Shown here: positions 1-17,265 of the stretch, one piece after another
Numbering within the stretch: the stretch's first letter is position 1
How the letters are laid out: each line of letters starts with the position of its first letter
Assembly (NCBI RefSeq): GCF_009914755.1
Contig: NC_060928.1
From: the human T2T-CHM13v2.0 reference genome, Homo sapiens
Reading direction: 5' to 3' (one strand)
Length of the DNA stretch: 64,000 nucleotides
Program-made: the position numbers and the translations under genes
The notes under the pieces: model-generated
What the model was told of the DNA's origin: nothing
The model's database searches: none
Seen by the model: the letters and a program-made list of their open reading frames with translations, nothing else

Positions 1-900
<900 letters not shown>

Positions 901-1048
901 GAAGATGTAGATGGCAGGAGAGACAAGTGAGAAAACAAAAAATATACCAATGTTACCTCAAAGGTCTGTAACTATCAATTGCTTACTATAAACCAATTGA
1001 ACTCGACCTGGTCTAGTCTAGTTCTAGACTCTGATCTCTGATCTCAGT

Positions 1049-1310
1049 GTTTACATTACAGTGAGGAAGACAGACAAAAACAAATCAAGCATACAAAAAA
1101 ATGAAATAACAATGAATTTTGTAAGTTATATGAAGAAAATAAAAAAGAGTATAAGGCAGTGGGAGTGGAGAGACAAGGCCTGAAGATGTAAATTTGACCA
1201 TCATCAACAAGAATATTATGTTTGAATTTGTAGGACTGGATGAGATGACATTGGAAGAATACAGACAAAGCACAACAAAGGCACAGAGAATACAACAGAG
1301 AAATACTAGA
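1049..1310 (-). mobile_element. Second L2 remnant
   Basis: Same antisense L2 segment as the one starting at 149. Confidence 0.55.
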
Positions 1311-1738
1311 GGAAAAGCTGGCCTCTCACACTCTGCCTAGTACCACACAATCAAGTCTTTTCCTGCCTGGGTTTCTGCTTTACTGATTTAGCAACTATCA
1401 ATCAAAAAGTGAACTCTAATGATAGAGTTTAGTTATATTTCATTGTATTTTTATAGACTCTATAATCTTTGTCTAATTAAAAGATAAGATATTTCTTATA
1501 TATAATTTCATTATGTATGTTTCTTTTTTTATTATTATACTTTAAGTTTTAGGGTAAATGTGCACAACGTGCAGGTTTGTTACATATGTATACATGTGCC
1601 ATGCTGGGGTGCTGAACCCAGTAACTCTTCATTTAACATTAGGTATATCTCCTAATGCTATCCCTCCACGCTCTCCCCACCCCAAAACAGGCCCTGGTGC
1701 GTGATGTTCCCCTTCCTGTGTCCATGTGTTCTCATTGT

Positions 1739-3148
<1,410 letters not shown>

Positions 3149-3212
3149 CTAAACCAGGAATAAGTTGAATCTCTGAATAGACCAATAAAAGGCTTTGAAA
3201 TTCAGGCAATAA

Positions 3213-4180
<968 letters not shown>

Positions 4181-6161
4181 AAGAGGATACAAACAAATGG
4201 AAGAACATTCCATGCTCATATATGTTTGTTTGACCTGTAAGGTCCATATGAATAAGAAGATAGTCGTAACTAGTCTAAGAGTTTTAAGTAAATGTGTGAG
4301 CAATCAAGAATAAAACAAAAACTCTAAAAACTGACTCTAAAGTATACTCTAATGGGATCTAATTGTTTAGATCTCATATATTGTGTATTTTTGAATGCCT
4401 TGTCTTGCCTCCATTAAAAAGGCAAACAGATAATAAAACTTCATTTAACAGAATTGAGGTTCACTAAGCTTTGTGAGATACTGTTGGTTTCTCTGGATAT
4501 TTGCAAGGAAATTATTCTGAATCACAGACTTAAAATTTGCCAGAGGATTAATGGCTGAGTTTCTGAATGTACAGTGATCATTAGTGTACTTTTTTGAATT
4601 TGAGGTATTTCTTACTGAGTAGCGAATCACCATATATATTTATTGTCAGTATTGCTTTACATTTTACTTACAAAATTTGTTCCTTCACTTCTAACCAAGG
4701 AAACTATGACATAGAAACTTTGCAAATAGGTTTGGTTTTGAGGTCATATATATGGAAAGAACTATATTTAATTTTATAAGGTGTCACTATTTAAAATATT
4801 TTTTATTCTGACTACTAACAAGTGTGAACACGAGGTGTTCTATATATAAAACTTCTACTATCTATGAAGCTATTTAGGAGATATGAATACCACTAAGGAT
4901 GTATGTTTTAAAAGACAAAACTTTCTTCTTCCTAGATATTTCTTAATTTAGAAAGCCCATACCAGAATTATCTTTAGAATAAACAAGAAGCAATAAATTT
5001 GGACTAAATTACATCAATTTCCTTTACTATAGAATTATGCCACAAAACTTTGATAATAACTTTTAATTTGAATCACATATTATAATTAATTAGTTGCTTG
5101 TCATAGATAAATGCATAAAACTAAAGCTGAATTAAATTACGTTTTCAGAGAATGTAGAGTAATGCTCTGTTGGCTTCTATTTTGTTGAGTGAAGCTATAC
5201 AATAAGCTGGTCCTTATTTTTTAAAGTATAGGAAAAGATATTCAGAATGAAAATTTTAAGGATTTCTTACCTACCTTTCCCTTAAAATGAAACTGACAAA
5301 TGGTAGGCAGTACTTGGCTATTGACTGGTGTACAAAAAAAGAAACATCTCAAAACATAAATGAATAAGTATACAATTTTTATTCTTTAGAAAGACATATA
5401 GAGCTATATTTCCCTTAGAAAAATATTAGATGTCACCACTAATTCACTTTTATTGTATCCCAAATTATCAGAAAGTCAAATGAGATATTTCAATCAAATA
5501 CATGGCAATGACTGTATTTCACACAACCATGTTTACATTTTGAATTTGGTGAGTGAAATTCATGATTGTTTAGCTCCTATTACACATCATCCAAAATCTT
5601 CATCACAGTTCAGATCTGATAAAATATGATAATTGAGGATGCTAAGTTAGAAGTTAGATAATATCTATTCCTGAGTCTGATTCTGATCAAAGTGTGGTAG
5701 CAAAGCTTTGATATGCATCCTGAGTACAAAACACTGTCAAAATAAGTTTCTAAGGCAGATTAGATGTTGCTATGAACACCAATATAAAATCCATAATGCT
5801 TTAAAACATTATAACAGTACACTGTATATTGTTTTTCATTTCATGCTGCTTAAACACTGGACTCATTTTCTGAGTCAATCTTCTTTACTGTTTTATAAGC
5901 CTTTGGCAGATACTATTTTTCTCCATGCTACTTACAAGCTGAATTCCTTGCTTGCCTTTGAGAGTCTTTAATTTTTTCTTTGTTTTTCCTCAGATTTGTT
6001 TATTAAGAAAAATTATATTGAATAGATATATTTGAGCTTATGTGATAAAGTGTCTTACATATCTCGGTTATAAATAAGTCAACATATAGAATAATATATG
6101 GATATATATTAATCTATGTCTAGAGTAATAGGGTACATAATTAGGCATTTCTTCTATATAG

Positions 6162-6651
6162 CAATGGTCCCCCAACCTTTTTGACACCAGGGAACAGTTC
6201 TATGGAAGACAATTTTTCCACGGACCATGGGGGTTGTGGGAGATGGTTTTCGGATGACTCAAGTGCATTACATTTATTGTGCACTTTATTTCTATTATTA
6301 TTACATTGTAATATATAATGAAATAATTATACAACTCACCATAATGTAGAATCAGTGGGAGCCCTGCGCTTGTTTTCCTGCAACTAGACGGTCCCATGTG
6401 GGGGTGACTGGAGACAGTGATAGATCATCAGGCATAAAGAGCATGCAGCCTAGATCCCTGGCATGCACAGTTCACAATAGAATTCATGCGCCTATGAGAA
6501 TCTGATGTCACTGCTGCTCTGATGAAAGCTACAGCTCAGGTGCTAATGCAAGTGATGGGGAGTGGCCATAAATATAAATGAAGTTTTGCTTGCTTACCTG
6601 ACACTCACCTCCCGCTGTGTGGCTCAGTTCCTAAGAGGCTATGGACTGGTA
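6162..6651 (+). mobile_element. MER1A (hAT-Charlie non-autonomous DNA transposon), 3' terminus missing
   Basis: ggtcccccaacctttttgacaccaggga...cattacatttattgtgcactttatttctattattattacattgtaat matches recalled MER1A; ends in a (tatattg)n tract instead of the right TIR. Confidence 0.85.
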
Positions 6652-7136
6652 TATTGTATATATTGTATATTGTATATAAGGATATACTTTTAAATATTTT
6701 GCCTAGTTCATCTTTCTCATCACACTCCCTAACAAAGTATACTTTAAATCTCTTACGCAAAATTCATCTTATCACTTTGTTCTTACCAAATTGATAATTA
6801 TTTATGCATGTTAGTAATTCTAAATCTCAGCGATCCCTGTTGTTCCATAACAGTACCACTGCTGGAAACTTTAGCTTATAGTATTGGGTCAAAAGGAGAA
6901 TGCTGGGTGCTTCAAAATAAAAGAGAAGTTTGCAGTGATTGTCATTTTATAGCCAAGATGAGACTTAAAGACTTCCTCAAAGTAGATACTCAATAAGCAT
7001 ACTTTATTTTTATTACTGCACTCACATTAGGTTTTATAATACTGTGATATTTACAATGTATATTTCCAAAAATAATTTTATGTGTTTTATTTCATATACT
7101 TCTGAGAATTTCTCTGAAATATAGAGGCAGATATTA

Positions 7137-7216
7137 TTAGGTTGGTGCAAAGGTAATTGTGGTTTCTGCTTTTAAAGGTAATGGCAAATATTACATTTAC
7201 TTTTGCACCAACCTAA
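7137..7216. mobile_element. MADE1 (Hsmar1-derived MITE), full length 80 bp
   Basis: TIRs ttaggttggtgcaaa ... tttgcaccaacctaa with TA on both sides. Confidence 0.93.
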
Positions 7217-8189
7217 TACATATTCTTCTTAGATTTTCTTAGTCCCTTATTCATCCTCCTTTAGTATAGAGCCAAATCATAGCCATAGACATATCCTTAT
7301 CACTTAATCACATGATCAGTTAGATTGTAATGAAAAACTCAAGTAAATAAATGTAATTGAGTACACTAACTCATAGAAAGAAATGTTTTGATTAAGGTCA
7401 CACTATTTTTTAAGAACTAAAAAAGCCAGACGTTGATTCCAGAAGTACAGACACCAGCTTTCTCTCTCCTTTAGAATACATTTCTGAGAAAAGTTATTTA
7501 TCTACCTGAAAAGAAAAAAAAAAAGATTCAGTGCCTGGCATCTAGATAAAAATATATATCTCGTGTCAAAATTCAAGCAAAGTAAAATAATGTGTTGTCA
7601 GCCTAAAAAGTCCAAAACAGAATGCTTTTGGTGCTGTTGTATTAACTCTTGCTGAATTAAGAGTACCTTACCAAAGCAATATCTACTTGTTCAGGGATTT
7701 CTTTTCAGTTGATCAATCACCCCCAGACTGGTGGATCACACATTTGTCTTTAACTGTAAAACATCATAGGGCAGGGTTTCACTCTTTAGCAATTGAATCT
7801 CCGCAGCTGTATTTACATATCAATTATGGTCAGTCCTGCTGCTTCTCAGTACACATCCTGTGATTGTTAAATTGATTAGAAAGTTAAGACACTAAAGAAA
7901 CACTCTTTACATTGCTTCTTGAAGACAAAGCTGTCACTGTGACATTAGGAGGATGTACTATCCTATAACTTGTCTATTTTCTTCTCAACCTTATTGTGAC
8001 TTATTCACAGAAAATAAAGTTATTTATCCTTTTCTTGGTCGAATTCCACCCTTAACTATATTGGTTGAAACATGAAATTACATTTTTATGGGTAAAAAGG
8101 ATGGTTCAGTCTAATATACTTGCCTAGTGCTTGTGGATGCCATACTAAGAACAATTTCATATGCATTATTCTGTAATAGTTACTAGTAG

Positions 8190-8400
8190 TGATTCTAATA
8201 TTAGACTGCCTGGGTTCAAATTCCCCTGCTTACCCAATGTGTGACTGAACAAATTGCTATATAGATGTCTGTGTATCTGTTCCTTCAATTTTAAAATGAG
8301 AAAAATAATGGCTCTTACTTCATTGGATTATTTTAGAAATCAAATGAGTTAACATTTTGTAAAGTGCTTGGAACAGTGTCTGGACTAAAAGTATTTGTTA
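8190..8400 (+). mobile_element. MIR
   Basis: agactgcctgggttcaaat...tgtgtgac...aaaatgag...tgtaaagtgcttggaacagtgtctgg MIR core. Confidence 0.8.
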
Positions 8401-8403
8401 AAT

Positions 8404-8560
8404 TTAAAATATATGTTTGTGTGTCTATTACATATAAATATATACATATATAGTTACATATACTTATATATTGTATATACTATATATAATATATAATTAT
8501 ACCATATTATATAATTACCTATAAAATTACAGTATAAAATAACATACATATACTTTACTT
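8404..8560. repeat. AT-rich (TA)n-like low-complexity tract
   Basis: tatatacatatatagttacatatacttatatattgtatatac... Confidence 0.75.
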
Positions 8561-9214
8561 CTGGAAGTATTACAGTATATATTTCAAAAAACTATCATGC
8601 ATTTCATTGTATACACTTTTAAAAATTTCTCTGACATATAGAGGCAAATATTTTATAGATATAAAAATTTATTGTTTGACTAGGAATTATTGATCTACTC
8701 ACTCATCAAATTTATATTATAACTTTACATTCTGGGTGCTATGTTTCCTGAAATGTTTTCACAGACTGGTGGAATAGTTAAGACATAGTTTTTTTAAAAA
8801 AATTACAATAATTTGATGAAGAATATGGGGGGAAAAGCACTGACAAAAAGTGTTCAGGGTGGCAATTCAGAAAAGAAGTGGATGTTTTGTTTGTTTTTAC
8901 AATAACAAGCACTGAAATTCACAAACTTCAAATTATCACACAATTGTGAGAATATCTATATTTAGCACAGTCTAAATGGTTATCAAAGTAATGTGAAAAT
9001 TTAAGAAAAATTGGACTTCCTAGTAAAGGCTATCTTTGTAAAGCATATCTCTATATGAGAGTTGGGTCAAATATTTGGAGAAATAATCTGGTGACATTCG
9101 AATTGTACTACTACAGTCCTGGTTTTCTATTCTGCTTTCTGAAAAGAAAATAATAAATTTACGATCTACTGGGAAAAAAAAAAAAGAAGAAGGAAGAGAG
9201 CTCCACAGCAGCAG

Positions 9215-9605
9215 CTTATGACATTGTTTAAAAGCAGGGTTTCTGGAGCTTGACTCCCAGGGTTCAAGAGCTAGTTTTGCCACTCTCAAGCTGTGTGAGT
9301 TTAAGCAAGGAACTTTATTTCTCTGTGTACTCATTTGTCCAAATGTTGAATGATAATAATAATAATGGGGTTCTTTTTCTTTGTAAAACATTTAGTTCAG
9401 TGCTAGATATAAAAGAGGCACTCAATAAATAAGTAAACCACATAGCTTAGTGACTAAGAGCATAGCTTCTGGAAAAAGACTGGATTTGAATCTGCCTTCC
9501 AGAATTACAAGACATGAAACTTTACAAAAGTTACTCAAATACCCATAACTGTCAATCAAAAGCAGATTTTTTAAAATCTACAAACATTGTGGGAAGGATA
9601 AAATA
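9215..9605 (+). mobile_element. Two adjacent MIR fragments
   Basis: gggttcaagagctagttttgccactctcaagctgtgtga...gcactcaataaat, then catagcttagtgactaagagc...ggatttgaatct. Confidence 0.7.
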
Positions 9606-9659
9606 AAAATTTGTTTTTAATTTTCCTGAAAAGGATAAATAGCTCATTCACTAATAACA

Positions 9660-12300
9660 TCAGAATAACTCCATACTTTGTAGCTTAAAACAATAATAGG
9701 AAAGCTTCTGGAAGGTTATGTGGGCCTGGAAATATTTCTGAAACCATTTTTTGAAAACTACATTATCTACTCTATGGTCATAGCAATTCATTTTCTCCTC
9801 ATATGCAAAATAGAATCACCTGTTCTCCTAAAGATTTGCCTCATAATGCATCAGTTTCAGGATGGAGGTTTACGATCTCATTGCCTAAATTAAATCCAAC
9901 TACAGAGGAAGTTTCTATCCTGTATTTCTCTAGTACTGTCTCTAGAGAATAGTTCCTATTGATCTGATGACCTATAAGCTAAATAGGCAAGTTAGCTTCC
10001 CCTCACAACCTCAATATATTATGGTTAGACATGCAATATAGATCATTTCATTTGAAAGGGAGAGAAATCTTAGACACCCAGAAATCACTCTTCACAGAAA
10101 TTCTAAAGTACAGCTGGGCACATGTTACAAAGAGTGAGTCTCCATAGCTACTGGAGATTCAGTGGCAGCTCTTGGTTTTGTCTCGTGAGATTTTGCTTAG
10201 AGCCTCTTTTAAGTCATTATTCCTTTGCCATACAATGTTGGTATTTGTAGCCAAACAGTTCTCTTTTTAGCTGGTTTCCTATCCACAAAAGTTTAAAGCT
10301 ACAAAGACCTATTTTCATTGTATCTTTTCCTCCAAGCTGGCAAGGTTTCAACCAATATCATTCTCCTCAAAAAATCTATGAATTGCTTATAAATGTTATC
10401 GTAGTTTGCCCCATTAGATAAAATCCACACTCACAAGTCTCCTTGAAATAAGTCTTCCTGTATCTTAGGTTTTCTAAAAGAGTACTTCAGGGCAATGTTC
10501 TTAATAGTCTTAGAAGCCTAATTTTTTTTTTAAGAAAATATATACGAGATACTTAAAGGAATTTTTGTTTAATCTGGGTACCTCAAATCTCTGGACTCTT
10601 AACCAAGTGTTGTGCAGTTGCACCCTTGTCTTCATCTATACATCATGTTTTCATGGCAATACCCTGATGCTGTCTTTGCCCAGAAGCCATTTATTAAATT
10701 TAGTATTGTTTCCATCTGAAGAGGATGGGAATTGGGAGCAAGTTCATTTTCAAACCCAATAAGTACTTGGTTCTTTGTATTTACTAGTTCTTTCTTCAGT
10801 ATATCATTCTCCTCAGGCATTTTATGATAGGTAGTGAGAACCCAGGAATCAACTTCATCCTTCTGCCTGGAAATCTCCTTAGCTAGGTCATCAGTTTATC
10901 AGTTATAATTTCGATATTCCACATCACTACAGGCAACTCTTCTAAAACTTTCTGCCACTACAAAACAAATTTTCCCTATCCTCGAGCTTCCAATAACCTC
11001 TTTTTCACTTCCCATTAAGTTATCAACAGCCAACTCAAGTGAATCAGACTTTTTACTTTTTGTACTTTCGGCTTCTTCCTGCCCCGCAGTCCTAGATCCA
11101 CGGGACTAAATTTGAGTTTTCCTTAAATTAATATCTCATCTTACTTCTGATTAAAAACCTGTAGATATATACATAGATAAATACATAGATATGTATATAT
11201 AGATATCTATCTATATACAGTTTACCTATTGCTACTCTGTTAACCATCACTTTTTTATTTCCTGCATCGTGGTGCTTTGGTACCTAGAGCCTTGCTGACT
11301 CTGGACGGTCTGCCCTTCCCAGGGGCAATTCCTAGAGATAGCAAATAGTTCATGCTCAAGCAGGCCTTTCAAATGCAAATCAGAACCCACACCCCCAACT
11401 AAGTCCTCTGTCAGGCCCCCCCATTCAGGGTCACTATTCCTGTTCCCTAATCACTCCAGAGCCAGGTACTAGACAACTTGGTATAGCCCTTCTGCCCCAG
11501 AAGCAGCTGAAATTATTCAAACTAGGCAATCCTAAACCTAGTTATCCTGCCTGCCATACCCACTTCTCCCCACAGACCCACAATAAGGGATCTTGTCCAT
11601 GTTTTCCCCACTCCCTGACTGACCCTAGTGCTTCCCATGTGGCCTCTTGTGGCCTCTCCTCTTGGGATCTGAGAGTATAAAGAACCATATTTTCAATGGC
11701 AGTTGCCTTTTGATCTGTTAGCCTAGCCATACCTAAATAGTAATAAAACACATATATTTTAAAACAGTATATAACAAACCACACCAAAAGTAGTAGCTTA
11801 AAGCAACCCATTAACATGTTTCACAAAACTGAGTTTGGTAGGGCTCAACTGAACAGATAATTTCTGCTTCATTCATTACCATCTGGGGTGGCTGGAAGGA
11901 TGAGAGTTGGAATCTTTTAGTCTCATTCACTGAAGTCAGCTGCAGCTGATGCTGGCTGTCAGCTGGGACCTTAGGTAGGAGCTTTTGAATGAAACACTGC
12001 ATATGCCCTCTCTTTGTAGACTGGACTTTCTCAATAATGTGGTAGGTGGATTTCATCATCAAACATCCCAAGACAGAAAAGTAGGTACAAGCCACATCTC
12101 ATTTATGACCTAGACTCAGAATTCACAGTACATCATTTCTGCCACATTACGTTCATTACAGCAATTACACTGTCCTATTCATTTTCTTGGGAAGGAAAGG
12201 TAGCCACCACATTTTGATGGGGAAATGGTAAGATTGTGGAAGAGCAGTATGTTGTCAGAAATAGTGAGGAAGACATTTTTGAGAAATACAATCACCCACA
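9660..12300 (-). mobile_element. Old MaLR provirus: MLT1 LTR remnant, MLT1-int and MLT1 LTR, interrupted by MER74
   Basis: LTR motif tagcttaaaacaa/tagcttaaagcaa at ~9680 and ~11795; LTR ends ccattttttgaaaactaca (~9750) and catttttgagaaatacaatcacccaca (12300); internal motifs catatgcaaaata and ctggaaatctccttagcta. Confidence 0.7.
11238..11765 (+). mobile_element. MER74-type ERVL solo LTR
   Basis: tgttaaccat...gccttgctgactctgga...aattcctagagatagcaaa...aataaaacacatatattttaaaaca; TG...CA ends; splits the MLT1 motif ctattgct|tataacaaaccac. Confidence 0.75.
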
Positions 12301-12578
12301 TGAGCCATAATTGAAGAAAAAAAAAAAAAAAACTAAGGCATATTTTCTATGTCTTCCTATTCTGGTAATTCTACAAAATAAACCAAGCAGAATGTTTGAT
12401 ATTCATTGTCGAAAGTATTAATATTCCTAAAAATCAGTTATCTGGAACTTTGTTAAAATTTGAGTTAAAGCAAATTATTCTTGTTCATGAGGCATTCCTC
12501 TCATAATCCTCTCATATACTTATGTGTTTCAATTCCGGATGTTGTAACCCACAACTTTTTTCCTGTCCAAATATGTAG

Positions 12579-12889
12579 GCCAGGTGTGGTGGCTCATGCC
12601 TGTACTCCCAGCACTTTGGGAGGGTAAGGCAGGAGGATTGCTTGAGTCCAGGACTTTAAAATGAGCCTAGGAGGCATAGCAAGACCTCGTCTCAACCAAA
12701 AATGACGATAATAAAAAAAAAACAGCAGGACGTGGTGGCATGCATCTTTATTCTCAGCTACTTTGGTGACTGAGGCTGGAGGATCACCTGAGCCTGGGAG
12801 GTCGAGGCTGCAGTGAGCCATGATTGTGCTACCGGACTCCAGGCTGGGAAGAGAGCAAGCAAGACCCCATCTCAAAAAAAAAACAAAAA
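12579..12889 (+). mobile_element. AluJ
   Basis: Dimeric Alu with J-type gaggattgcttgag and gaggctgcagtgagccatgattg; A tail. Confidence 0.92.
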
Positions 12890-13744
12890 GTTATCCTATT
12901 TAAAAAAAAAATTCCTTATAAAGTTTTTACCTCAAATGCCATCCATTTAATTCAACATTTAAGAGTAAACAGTAAACTTCTTTTCTCATAATTTGGTACC
13001 TAGGATTACACAGCCAATAACAGATTTTTCTCAATTTGCATTTATTTTTCCAAAGGTTGAGATTTGCAGAAGTGTGATTTCAATAGCGGTTTGATATTAT
13101 ATATATAAAATTGAATTTAAATTAATTTTTCATTGTGAACTTAGAAATTGTATTTTCTCTTGAAATAATCAGAGATCCTCTGGGGGTGTTGGAACAGCAA
13201 TCAATTAATCAGTCATGGTATTGTGTCATAATAAAGTTTTCATTAGTATCTATCTCTTCCTATCTTAAGTGGTTGCTGGTGGTGTCATCGGAATTATCTA
13301 GATTGTGAGATTTTTATTTTTTCATATATTCAACAAGAAATATCAGGGGGAAAGCAGTGGTCTGATTAGGCAAAAGATACTTTTTCTTTGAGTTCTATGT
13401 TTAAATTGCTTTTGATAAAGCAATTAGAAATATCTATTTAATTCCAACTTTATAAGTACATAAATAAATTCTTTTTAAATTTATTATTTATCTACTCAAG
13501 TTTGAAAAGATAGTGATGCAATACATAAATACTGAATTCTTATTTTAATGGAATAAAAACATTTTAAAATTGTTAAATTATTATAAGAACTCCAATTTAA
13601 GACTACAAACAATTTCTTTAATAGGTTGAAATTGGTCATTGTTGACTTGTTATTGGAATTTCCTAATGGTATACAAGGAGTTAAATTGCTGTCATTTTTA
13701 GGTACACACTGAAGAAGAAAAATGCTTTTTAAAACACAGAAATT

Positions 13745-14056
13745 GGCTGGGCACGGTGACTCACACCTGTAAATCTAACACTTTGGGAGGCCAATGCAGG
13801 AGGATCACTTGAGCCCAGGAGTTTGAAACCAGCCTGGGCAACATGGGGAAAGCCTATAACTACAAAAATTAGCCAGGTATGGTAGTGCCTGCCTATGGTC
13901 CCAGCTACTCTGGAGGCTATGGTGGGAGAAGCAGCTGAGCCTGGGGAGGTTGAAGTGGCAGTGAGCTATGATGACACCACTGCACTCCAGCCTGGACGAC
14001 AGAGTGAGACCCTGTCTAAAAAAACAAAACGAAAAAACACCCAAACAAACAAAAAC
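13745..14056 (+). mobile_element. AluJ
   Basis: ggctgggcacggtgactcacacctgt...ggatcacttgagcccaggagtttg...gagaccctgtct and degenerate A tail. Confidence 0.92.
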
Positions 14057-14868
14057 ACTTCTTTAATTTATTACAGAATGATAATATAGCGGAATACTGA
14101 ATACTGCACTTTTCACCTGTGAAGAGTAAACTGAAGCAGAGCCAATGGTATAGTACAAGTAACGTTCAAGAACTTAATGAATGTGAGCTCCATAGAAAAT
14201 GATGAGTGCAAATCATGATAACTGTACAGGAATGTTAACGTACCATGTCAACAGGAGGACATTTGTTCCTTTTATGCAGAATAAGCTTTGTTTTGAGCAA
14301 TTTGGGGAAGAGCAACTGATAAATCACCATGTATTCAGTCAGGTCTTTGAGCCAAAAATTTACATTTTTGTTTCAGCTATGATCAAATGTAGCCAATGCA
14401 TTTAAAAGAAAAAAATCTCATTTTGGATACCTGATGAATAGTTTACTTATCATTTCTGAGATTCTGGAATGACAATTTATCTATATTTTGAAACACAAAG
14501 TATTGAAACATTATTCAGTATAATAATTTCAAAATATTACCTTACCATTTTCTAGAAACCCTCCATTTTCTTGGGTTTGTTGAAAATGCACTTCACCATT
14601 ACTGGATCTGTGCTAGCAAGGACCTATCCTCATTCTTGATGTCCTTCCTATTTTACACTGACTCTCTCTTAGCTCACTTATTTTTCGGATCCTTGTTTTA
14701 TGTTGTCATAAATGAGAGAGCATTTAGGTAGGTACAAACAAACAACACTTCATCAGAAATTGCCTTTCAGGTAAACGACAGAGAAAATTCAAAGGTGTTA
14801 AATTTAGCAAAAGACTCACACTAAATCCAACTGGCCTAAGTGTCATGATTATGCCAAACCAAATACTC

Positions 14869-15173
14869 TTTTATTTTTTTTAGAGATGGGATCTGACTAT
14901 GTCGCTCAGGCTGACATGTAATGGTATGATCATAGCTCACTACAGCCTTAAACTCCTGGGCTCAAGCGGACCTCCTGCCTCAGCTTTCTGAGTAGTTGAG
15001 ACCACAGACATGTGCCGTCATGCCTTGCTGATTTTGTTAATATATATATTTTTTGGAGAGATGGTCTTGCTTTGTTGCCTAGTCTGGTCTCAAACCCCTG
15101 GTTTCAAGTGATCCTGCCACCTCCGCTTCCCAAAGTCCAAAAATTACAGGCATGAGCCACTGCACCCAACGCC
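14869..15173 (-). mobile_element. AluJ
   Basis: Antisense Alu (catagctcactacagcctt, ctcctgggctcaag); TSD aaatactctt / aaataccctt. Confidence 0.92.
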
Positions 15174-17171
15174 AAATACCCTTCAGATCCCAAGTTAACA
15201 TCAATATAGAAGTTAAACTGCTTCATGTTATAGACTCACAGAATAACTAATTTTCGATATAAACAAGAAATTGTTTGCTAAGTTCTTTATAAAGAGTCTA
15301 CAAAGAACTAAAAGCACAAATATACAACTGAAAACATTCAACTCAAATGTAATCATATCACTAACCTTCAGCTGTGAGAACTGGAAAGGAATCAAAATCT
15401 GAGCAAGAGACTGAAAGGCTTTGAAAACAAGTGCAATGGAAGATACTCTACTGGAATGAAACCAATTGTATTCCAACAGATAAACTAAAGAAATAACCAT
15501 TGAGAACTATGTCTCTACCAGAACTAGCAACAAGCACAAACTTATTTAAGCCAACTATTCCAGATGTCCACCCACGGGCACAGAGCCGCAGAATCAGATG
15601 GTATGACCTGTGTGCCAAAGAAAAACCTTACAAAGCACCATGAACAGAAAAAAAGGGCAGTTGATCTTAATGCCACATAACAGATGGCAATAGAATGTAG
15701 AAACAATTTTTTTTTACACATTGTGCCAAGGTTGGAGAGAAAAGGAGGCAATAAGCATTCTCATTTGTGGTAAAAAAGTATATTGCCGCCATGTCAAAAC
15801 TAGGATGTTCTATAGTCCTTTTCAAAATGGTGTGAAACACTGAAAAGTTTATCTTTATTTCACATCAGAGCATACATTTTAGTTGAGTGATATTATACAT
15901 ATGGAGACCACTTCTCTTTGCCTATAACCAATGCATGTAGAGAGCTTGATACTGCTCACAAAACATTTCTTAAATGTAACAAGCGACCAAATGAGAGAAA
16001 AATATGTATGAATTTTACTCTAGTCAAAGGATAGATGGTGGGATTTTTGCTTCAACACTTTGCTTCTCTACTTTATAATTTTTATCATTTTCTTAGCATC
16101 CATTGTATACAGAATGAGATTTATCGTATACTGCAGGTGGACAATGCCTTAATACAGGTGCAAATGGTATAAGACTACATGGATCAGTTTAATACTATGA
16201 CAACATCTTGGTGTAATTTAGTAATATGGATTGACAGGAACATATAGTTTATTCTTAGCAATCCATATGTGAAGTGTCTGTGGAAACATTTCACAATGCC
16301 CATTAGTATTTTTGGCTCTCTGGACACTACCTGCCTATCATTGGTTTGCATGTATTCGGGGAAGGCAAATTAATGATGATATTACTCGAAGTAAAATCTA
16401 AGTAGAAAAATATGCACAGATCAACTAAACAAGAAAGTGACACATACCAAAACAAAAGAGCAAAGTTTTTTGATTTATCGGTTGCTTTATGTGCCATTGT
16501 CTTCTGATGAGTTTTCCAATTAATGTGCAATATGACACACTAATTAGAAAATAGCACATAGTACTATTTTAGATGCTTCTTATGTTTCATACATGTTGCA
16601 CAAATTATCTTTAAAGTTCATAAGTATTTCTACCTAAAAGAGTAAACTAATGAATACAGAGGCTACATAAATTGACCAAAACAGCACAACCAATAAGCCA
16701 CATTACTGAAATTTAATATTATCCATCTATCTTATTAATCTAAGGAAAATTCAGGAAGAAGTAAGGAATCCTTTAGGTACCTAAGTCTGAAATAATGAAT
16801 AGGAGTTGTTGTGTTAATTTTATCAGTGGCAGCATGTTGTTGGAAATCATTAAGACATCCAGTGGGGATCATTAAAAATTCTCCCCAAATATTTTACTAG
16901 GCATCAATAACAATGATATACATGGCTTTAAGTTTTGTCCTTGAAGACCTAATTAGGCTAGATGGTAGATTCCAACAGACTGCATTTCTAAGCTAAAAGG
17001 CCACCAACACTTTTATTATCAAACATATCTCTTAGGCAAAATAAACTAATAGTGGTGTTCAAGCAATTATGCTATAGAAACACTCTTTGTGTAAAGAAAT
17101 GGCTTATGAAGGACATCATGCTATAATATTTGGTTTTCAAATATGTCTTTATTTCATATTTTACCATCTTA

Positions 17172-17265
17172 AGTAGGTTTGCAAATTCAAATGCCCTCAG
17201 CAACCAGACAAATAGTGTAAATATGTGAAGGGACTGGCATTTTATAGTAGGAATTGGTGGTTACC
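17172..17265 (+). mobile_element. hAT DNA transposon end remnant (MER102-like)
   Basis: ggtttgcaaattcaaatgccctcagcaaccag...aaatatgtgaaggg resembles the recalled MER102 terminus. Confidence 0.45.

Noticed and set aside
14535-14630. Minus-strand donor AATG|gtaagg with an upstream short ORF
   Set aside because: The ORF stops before the donor and there is no convincing acceptor
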